Source of the DNA: an uncultured Solibacteraceae bacterium
GTDB lineage: Bacteria; Acidobacteriota; Vicinamibacteria; Vicinamibacterales; SCN-69-37
DNA: 64,000 nucleotides
NCBI GenBank assembly: GCA_964489685.1
Contig: CAZAZR010000001.1
Span: forward strand, 732-64,731
Direction: 5' to 3'
The notes under the pieces: model-generated
What the model saw: only the letters and a program-made list of their open reading frames with translations
Database searches by the model: none
Told to the model about the DNA's origin: nothing
Translations under genes and position numbers: made by a program
Part shown: positions 38,918 to 44,688 of the stretch, piece after piece
Layout of the letters: every line of letters begins with the position of its first letter
Numbering within the stretch: position 1 is the first letter of the stretch

Positions 38918-39019
38918 GCCGGCGGTGTGCCGAATGGAACAGCGGCTGCGGGCCCGGTTCGGTAACGTGAGGCTGTCTGTCTGGCGCGTATGCCGGGCAC
39001 GAGGTCTCAAGGAGTGAGC

Positions 39020-39400
39020 ATGCGTATTCGAACTGTGTCTGCGGCGTTGATTTTTTCGTTGTGTGTGTGGAGTTCACCGGCCTTCGCGCAGCAGCGGCAC
39101 GTGGTCACTCCGGCCGAGATGCGTCAGGCCATTGCGGGTCAGGCGCAGACCGACCAGCAGAACCGCGAGGCCGTTGTCGGCGTGTTGCAGCGCACGCAGG
39201 TGCGTGAAGTGGCCGGCCGTCTTGGCCTGACCGTGGCGAGTGCCCAAACGGCTGTGGCTACGCTCAACAGCGTCGAGCTGGCGCAGGCTGCCGATGCCGC
39301 CCGCCAGGCCGAGGTGCAGTTGTCGGGCGGCAACACCGTGGTGATTTCGTTGACCACGTTGCTGCTGATCATCATCATTGTGATTTTGGTCGCGGACTGA
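39020..39400 (+). CDS. Secreted, C-terminally anchored small protein (PA2779-family-like) with Gly-Gly immediately before the TM anchor
   Basis: SD aaggag sits 5 nt upstream of ATG 39020. Signal peptide MRIRTVSAALIFSLCVWSSPAFA|QQ. C-terminus ...QAEVQLSGGNTVVISLTTLLLIIIIVILVAD. The family assignment is from memory of the PA2778/PA2779 gene pair. Confidence 0.6.
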   Translation: MRIRTVSAALIFSLCVWSSPAFAQQRHVVTPAEMRQAIAGQAQTDQQNREAVVGVLQRTQVREVAGRLGLTVASAQTAVATLNSVELAQAADAARQAEVQLSGGNTVVISLTTLLLIIIIVILVAD

Positions 39401-39447
39401 CGAGGTTGCGGTTTCGGGCCCGGCGAGATACCATTAGGATTCCTTGA

Positions 39448-39525
<78 letters not shown>

Positions 39526-39532
39526 CCTCTCG

Positions 39533-39567
39533 AAGGACTTACGGCACTCGCCGTAAGTCCTTTTTTC
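39533..39567 (+). terminator. Rho-independent terminator of the tRNA gene
   Basis: aaggacttacggc actc gccgtaagtcctt followed by a T-run (tttttt): a 13-bp perfect stem with a 4-nt loop. Confidence 0.85.
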
Positions 39568-39633
39568 GTTGTCGGTCACAGCGTTCAGATCCGTCTCGGG
39601 CGTGAGGTTCAGCCCGAGCTACGTTTTTCGGAT
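39545..39633. repeat. Direct repeat copy 1 (~89 nt), starts inside the tRNA terminator loop
   Basis: cactcgccgtaagtccttttttcgttgtcggtcacagcgttcagatccgtctcgggcgtgaggttcagcccgagctacgtttttcggat. About 90 percent identical to 41392-41478 by hand alignment. Confidence 0.85.
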
Positions 39634-39678
39634 TGGCGACGATTGCCGCCATGGGGCTTCAACGACCGCTCGTCCCAG

Positions 39679-40797
39679 CTACCATCGATGTCGCACGCGG
39701 CGCATCAGCCACGGGACGAGTTGGCGCCTGGCGTCGAGGCCCACAAGGCCCGCCGTGAATCGCAGAAAACCAGTGGTTCCAGGATGGCGGCGCCTCGCTC
39801 GTCGCCACCCTCGCCAGAATAACCACAGGTTCACGGCCGGACCGACCGGGCGCGTCTTCACGCGGCATTCCAGGCGGTCTGCCCACGACCCGGGCGAACG
39901 GCCCAACTCCGTCAGTACCGTCGCAGGCACGGCGACGTCCGGCATGTCGGCAACCAGTCGGAGTGCCACCCGCAACTGGTAGGACAGCTGACGCTGTCGT
40001 GCTTCCGCCACGAGCACGTCCCAGGCCAGCGTGTTGCCGGCCCGGCGGAGCACTTCGACCGCGTCGGCCACCCAGGTCCCGGCGTGTACCCGACTCCACC
40101 GCAAACCGTGGATGCAGACGTGCAGCAGTTGATCGGCAGGGCTCAGGACAAGCCAGCGCGTCTGCTCGTCCTCGACGGACACCGTCCGTCGCCAGACCTC
40201 CGCGTCGACGCCGGGCCAGGTGCATTCCTGCAGCAGGTACTGATGCACGTCGAGGGCGCCGCCGTCTGCGGCCGAGTAGCCGAAACTGTGTCGGGCTGTC
40301 TGAGGAAGCGCGCCCGCGGTGTGAGGACACGTCCACTCCAGCCCGGCGAGGATCGCCCGGGCCGGCGAGATCAACGCCGGTTCGACCAGCGCGTCCACGT
40401 CGCCAAATGGTCGCGCCCCGCGATCAGGGTACACGGCGAGTGCGAGCGCGGCGCCCTTGAGCAGAACGGTGCGAATGCCGGCGCGATGGAGGGCCGTCAG
40501 CGCAGGTCTGGCCCGATCGAGGATGAGCTGGTTGCTGGCCCACGCCTCGCGGCGCGCTCGTCGAAGGACGTCGTCAGTCGCCTCAGGTGCGCCAAGTCTC
40601 GCGAGGTTGCCCGCAACCAGCGGCAGCCAGCGCGCCTCGATGGCGGTGAGGGAGGCGGCCGCGGGGCGACCGGACCATTGTCTCCACGCGCGAACCGCAT
40701 CGTCGCTCTGCGCGAGGGCGGCGGTCATGAGCCAGTCGCGCACGGCATCGGGACGGCCAAGCACATCCCGAACGTCCTCCCTGCGGCGTGATCGCAT
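39679..40797 (-). CDS. Nucleotidyltransferase family protein (PF14907 / NTP_transf_5-like)
   Basis: GIRTVLLKGAALALAVYPDRGARPFGDVDALVEPALISPARAILAGLEW ... HGLRW is the core pattern of the 'uncharacterised nucleotidyltransferase' family, which is often linked to RiPP/lasso tailoring. Confidence 0.75.
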   Translation of the reverse strand: MRSRRREDVRDVLGRPDAVRDWLMTAALAQSDDAVRAWRQWSGRPAAASLTAIEARWLPLVAGNLARLGAPEATDDVLRRARREAWASNQLILDRARPALTALHRAGIRTVLLKGAALALAVYPDRGARPFGDVDALVEPALISPARAILAGLEWTCPHTAGALPQTARHSFGYSAADGGALDVHQYLLQECTWPGVDAEVWRRTVSVEDEQTRWLVLSPADQLLHVCIHGLRWSRVHAGTWVADAVEVLRRAGNTLAWDVLVAEARQRQLSYQLRVALRLVADMPDVAVPATVLTELGRSPGSWADRLECRVKTRPVGPAVNLWLFWRGWRRARRRHPGTTGFLRFTAGLVGLDARRQLVPWLMRRVRHRW

Positions 40798-40815
40798 CGA
40801 GGGGAGAGTATAGGA

Positions 40816-41394
40816 CTATCGGCCGTCGAGCTGTTGAAGCAGCAGGGGCGCGACCGTGTGCGCCTCACCGCGCGCGCTTTCGATTGCGTGCGCGCCAAGG
40901 ACCGCCAGGCGCAGGATCGGCATGGTGGACTCGGGGTCGCGTTGCGCCGCGACGGTGTTGTCCATGCACGCCAGCAGCGCACGGGCCGGCGAGAGCGGGC
41001 GCGGGCGCCACCTGGCACTGGGTTGATACCGCGTGACGACGATCGACCCGAGTGGAAGCGGCACGGTGCCGGCCTGGCCACCGAGCGACTCGACCGGAGT
41101 CAAGACGCCGGGCTCGCCGCCGGTGCCTCGAACCGACAGCGGGACCGGGTACGGGTGGACGTGCCCCGCCTTGTCGAGCACCGCAAACTCGTCGGAGTAG
41201 TACGTCGCGCCCGCACGCACCAACGCGCTGACGAGGGTCGTCTTGCCGGTCATCGATCGACCGGGGATGATCAGCGCCCGGCCGCGCCAGCCGACGACAC
41301 CGGCATGAACGAACAGGCAGTCCCGCGCGCGCAGGGCCGTGAGCAGTTCGGCGTGCCGATGAAACGCGGTGAACAGGGTGCCTCCTGACGACAC
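40816..41394 (-). CDS. HPr kinase-like (HprK-related) kinase, apparently lacking the N-terminal domain
   Basis: LFVHAGVVGWRGRALIIPGRSMTGKTTLVSALVRAGATYYSDEFAVLD (P-loop of the HprK C-terminal domain family). There are only 192 aa. Its GTG start (41392-41394) coincides with the first bases of direct repeat copy 2. Confidence 0.7.
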   Translation of the reverse strand: MSSGGTLFTAFHRHAELLTALRARDCLFVHAGVVGWRGRALIIPGRSMTGKTTLVSALVRAGATYYSDEFAVLDKAGHVHPYPVPLSVRGTGGEPGVLTPVESLGGQAGTVPLPLGSIVVTRYQPSARWRPRPLSPARALLACMDNTVAAQRDPESTMPILRLAVLGAHAIESARGEAHTVAPLLLQQLDGR

Positions 41395-41478
41395 TCGCCG
41401 TAAGTCCTTTTTTTATTGTCGGTCACAGCGCTCAGATCCCTCTCGGGCTTGAGGCTCAGCCCGAGCTACGTTTCGGAT
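41392..41478. repeat. Direct repeat copy 2 (~87 nt)
   Basis: cactcgccgtaagtcctttttttattgtcggtcacagcgctcagatccctctcgggcttgaggctcagcccgagctacgtttcggat. It lacks the left arm of the terminator hairpin present at copy 1. Confidence 0.85.
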
Positions 41479-42154
41479 ACGGGGTGGATGCAGTGAAGGA
41501 TCGTGATCGAGGGGCCGACCGGGAAGCTGCCGGTCGTTCTGTATCTGGATCAGGCAGTGCACGCCCTGCGAGTCGGCGATGTGGCCACCGTGGTCGACTT
41601 CGTGGAGCTCCCCTCGTCCGGCCCCGCCGGATGGCGTTTCACTCGCTCACACCGCCACCCACCACCTCGCCAAATAACGGCGGTTGCACGCCCCTCGGAG
41701 TTGGAAGGCGCTACTCCGTCGATCACGGGCGACTGGAGGCGGCCTTGAACAACTCGGTGAGCATCGTAGCGGATCTGCTCCAGGCGGCCGAGGCCGAGCC
41801 GGGTCTCAACCGCGTTGCACGCTTCCAGAGTAGTGCGCGGCGAATTCCGCGGCATGCGTTACCGAATGTCTGACACGACGCGAGTGGATTCCTCGAGAGC
41901 GGCGGGTGTGTGGTGGCAATCCTTCTCGGCTGCGGCGCTTCCCGATCAGCAAGGGCGGGGGCAGAGTCATCATCGACCTTTCCCGCGTCTTCAGGTCTGA
42001 TGCCGATCCTGCTGGCTGGGTGGCCGCCACGGTGCAGGTCCAGGCCTATCCTGGAGGTCAGGGCCGCACGAACGGTTTCAGTGGTACCATGCGCCGGAAG
42101 GCTCCAATCTCCAGCCGCACCAATCACATTTCTCAGATTCTCGAGACCATCATC

Positions 42155-42337
42155 ATGAGCGAGAAAGAGACGCCAATCGTATCCAGGTCGACACCAAATA
42201 CCGGTGAGATTTCAGTCGAGGATCTGGAGACGGTCACTGGGGGTGTTGCGCAGTGCAATGCCCCTGGTGGAATCACGGCGAAGGTCCCGAAGCCCGCCAA
42301 CTTCAGCAGTACCATGATGGAAGGCTCCAACATCTAG
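42155..42337 (+). CDS. 60-aa peptide with canonical double-glycine (bacteriocin/pheromone-type) leader
   Basis: MSEKETPIVSRSTPNTGEISVEDLETVTGG|VAQCNAPGGITAKVPKPANFSSTMMEGSNI. The segment ISVEDLETVTGG fits the LSxxELxxIxGG leader consensus at positions -12, -11, -8 (D for E), -7, -4, -2 and -1. A 120-nt hand count (42121-42240) gives 59 G+C, lower than the flanks. No obvious SD. The stop lies 6 nt before the next gene. Confidence 0.5.
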   Translation: MSEKETPIVSRSTPNTGEISVEDLETVTGGVAQCNAPGGITAKVPKPANFSSTMMEGSNI

Positions 42338-42343
42338 TCGGAC

Positions 42344-44632
42344 GTGACTGACAGATTGTCCCGTCTGGCCCGCCTCTTCGTTCTTCTGATTCTGGTGTCT
42401 GGTCTGCCGTTCGCGGCGGCTCAGGCGTTTGCCCAGGCCGTCGCCCCTCAGGCTGCCGGACGGGGGCCAGTCGTGACGGACATCACAACCATCAACCCGG
42501 AAACGTTTGAGGCCATGGCGGCCCGGTTGCCCTCGGGACGCGCGCCAAAAATCGACGGCGTGCTCGACGACGCGGAGTGGCAGATGGCGCCGGTGCAGGG
42601 GCGATTCATCCAGCGCGAGCCCCACTTCGGCTTTGAGTCCAGCGAGCGGACGGAGTTTCGGATCCTGTACGACGATATGAAGCTCTACATCGGCATCTGG
42701 GCCTACGACTCACTCCCCTCGGGCATCGTCGCCAGCGAACTGAAGCGGGACGCAGGATTACGCAAGGGCGACCAGATCAAGATCACGCTGGATACGTTTC
42801 ACGATCACCGGAACGCCTTCTACTTTTCGACCAATCCCCTCGGCGCGCTCAAGGATGCGCACTCGGTTGAAGAGGGCCGGACGATCAACTACGACTGGAA
42901 CGCCGTGTGGGAGAACCGCACCTCCATCAACGAGCACGGCTGGTACGTGGAGATCGCCGTGCCGCTCAGTCAATTGCGCTTCAAGGGCGGACCGGGTGAC
43001 ACCGTCTGGGGGTTGAACGTCTGCCGCATCATCATCAGGAAGCAGGAAGAAGCCTACTGGGTGCCGTTTCCCCGGGAGTGGCAGGCCATCGGCTTTGCCC
43101 GCATGTCTGGCGCCGGTGTGCTCAAGGGGCTTCGCGATCTGGTGCCGCGACGCCGAGTGGAGTTTGTGCCGTTTGCCAGTCCGCACGTCGTGCGCGACTA
43201 CGATGCCGGCACCCCCACGCGCACGACCAAGGACTTCGGTTTCGATCTCAAAGTCGGCCTGACACAGAGCCTCAATGCCGATGTCACCTACAAGACCGAC
43301 TTCGCGCACGTCGAGGCCGATCAGGAGGTGGTGAACCTGTCCCGGTTCAGCCTCTTCTTTCCGGAAAAGCGCCAGTTCTTCACCGAGGGCGCGGGGATAT
43401 TTGACTACAGCCAGAACGCGGGTGCCAATGCCGGCCCAGGCCTGCTGACGTTGTTCTACAGTCGCCGGGTCGGGTTGCAGGATGGTCGGGAGGTGCCGCT
43501 GCTGGCCGGCGCGAGGGTCACCGGCCGCATCGGCCACACCACCCTTGGCGCGATGAACATTGAAACGGACGCAGCCACACTCGGCAGCGGCGCCAGCGCG
43601 CTCCGCATTCCTCGAGCGAATTACTCGGTGGTGCGCGTGAAACGCGACGTGTTTTCGAAATCGTCAATCGGCGGCATTGTCCTCAATCGGACCGGCGGCG
43701 GACGTCCAGACAATCGGAGCGTGGGGGTGGACGGCGTGTTCACGATTGGCACCCATGTGGACTGGATTGTGGCGGCGGCCAAGACCTTTACGCCTGGCGT
43801 GCGCGGCGGCGACGCGGCGCTGGCCACTCGGCTCCGCTTCACACTGGACCAGTTCGACAGCGGACTGACCTACCTCGATGTTGGTGAGCGTTTTAACGCA
43901 GAGATGGGGTTCATTCCCCGAGTCGACATCCGGACGCTGGGCCTGCAGGCCGCCTGGACCCCTCGTCCGAAGTGGACAGGGGTACGGCAACTGCGTTTCA
44001 ACGTGAACACGTCGTACGTGGAAAACCATGCCGGACGAAGGGAATCGCAGTCCACCGGATTCGACACGATCGTGACCGCCCAGGACAGTTCCAATTACCG
44101 GGTCGGCGTTGAGACGCAGTACGACTTCCTGCCGTTTCACTGGTCGACAGGCGGCGGCGTGATTCCCAGTGCGGGGTATTCATGGCAGACGGTCCGGGCG
44201 TCGTACGGCTCGAACCAGTCGCGGCGGGCGTACGGCAGCGTCGGCGTGGACGTGGGCGGGTACTACAGCGGTGACAAGCAGACGTATCGGGCTGATTTCA
44301 GTGTCGTGCCCAGGGACACGCTCCTCATCGAGAACTTCTATTCCCGAAACCGCATCGTCCTGCCCGCCACGGCCCCCTACGTCACCAATGTGCTGAGCAC
44401 GCGTGTCAGTTACTCCTTTTCTCCGAACCTGTTCGTGAAGAGTTTTGCCCAGTACAACGACGCGACCCGGACGGCCAGTCTGAATCTGCTGCTCTGGTAT
44501 ATCTATCGACCTGGCAGCGACTTCTACGTCGTGTACAAGCAGGGTTGGGAAACAGATGTTCCCGGTCCTCAATCACGGCGGGTGCGGGGACGGTCGCTGG
44601 CAGTGAAGATGACGTACTGGTTGTCGCGCTGA
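42344..44632 (+). CDS. Secreted CBM9-like / DUF5916 family protein
   Basis: Signal peptide LFVLLILVSGLPFAAAQAFA. PKIDGVLDDAEWQMAPVQGRFIQREPHFGFESSERTEFRILYDDMKLYIGIWAYD is the N-terminal CBM9-like signature of this family. The long beta-rich C-terminus ends YWLSR. Confidence 0.65.
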   Translation: MTDRLSRLARLFVLLILVSGLPFAAAQAFAQAVAPQAAGRGPVVTDITTINPETFEAMAARLPSGRAPKIDGVLDDAEWQMAPVQGRFIQREPHFGFESSERTEFRILYDDMKLYIGIWAYDSLPSGIVASELKRDAGLRKGDQIKITLDTFHDHRNAFYFSTNPLGALKDAHSVEEGRTINYDWNAVWENRTSINEHGWYVEIAVPLSQLRFKGGPGDTVWGLNVCRIIIRKQEEAYWVPFPREWQAIGFARMSGAGVLKGLRDLVPRRRVEFVPFASPHVVRDYDAGTPTRTTKDFGFDLKVGLTQSLNADVTYKTDFAHVEADQEVVNLSRFSLFFPEKRQFFTEGAGIFDYSQNAGANAGPGLLTLFYSRRVGLQDGREVPLLAGARVTGRIGHTTLGAMNIETDAATLGSGASALRIPRANYSVVRVKRDVFSKSSIGGIVLNRTGGGRPDNRSVGVDGVFTIGTHVDWIVAAAKTFTPGVRGGDAALATRLRFTLDQFDSGLTYLDVGERFNAEMGFIPRVDIRTLGLQAAWTPRPKWTGVRQLRFNVNTSYVENHAGRRESQSTGFDTIVTAQDSSNYRVGVETQYDFLPFHWSTGGGVIPSAGYSWQTVRASYGSNQSRRAYGSVGVDVGGYYSGDKQTYRADFSVVPRDTLLIENFYSRNRIVLPATAPYVTNVLSTRVSYSFSPNLFVKSFAQYNDATRTASLNLLLWYIYRPGSDFYVVYKQGWETDVPGPQSRRVRGRSLAVKMTYWLSR

Positions 44633-44688
44633 GGGCCGCGCTTTCGCGGGTCCATCTGGCTGGTGTTCTAGGAACTCGGGAGGGTTGT

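Noticed and set aside
42155-42337. A lasso-peptide precursor interpretation of the GG peptide, prompted by the nearby HprK-like and PF14907 genes.
   Set aside because: A core starting at either Gly has no Asp/Glu at positions 7-9 for macrolactam formation. No lasso cyclase, B1/B2 or dedicated transporter genes are present in the window.
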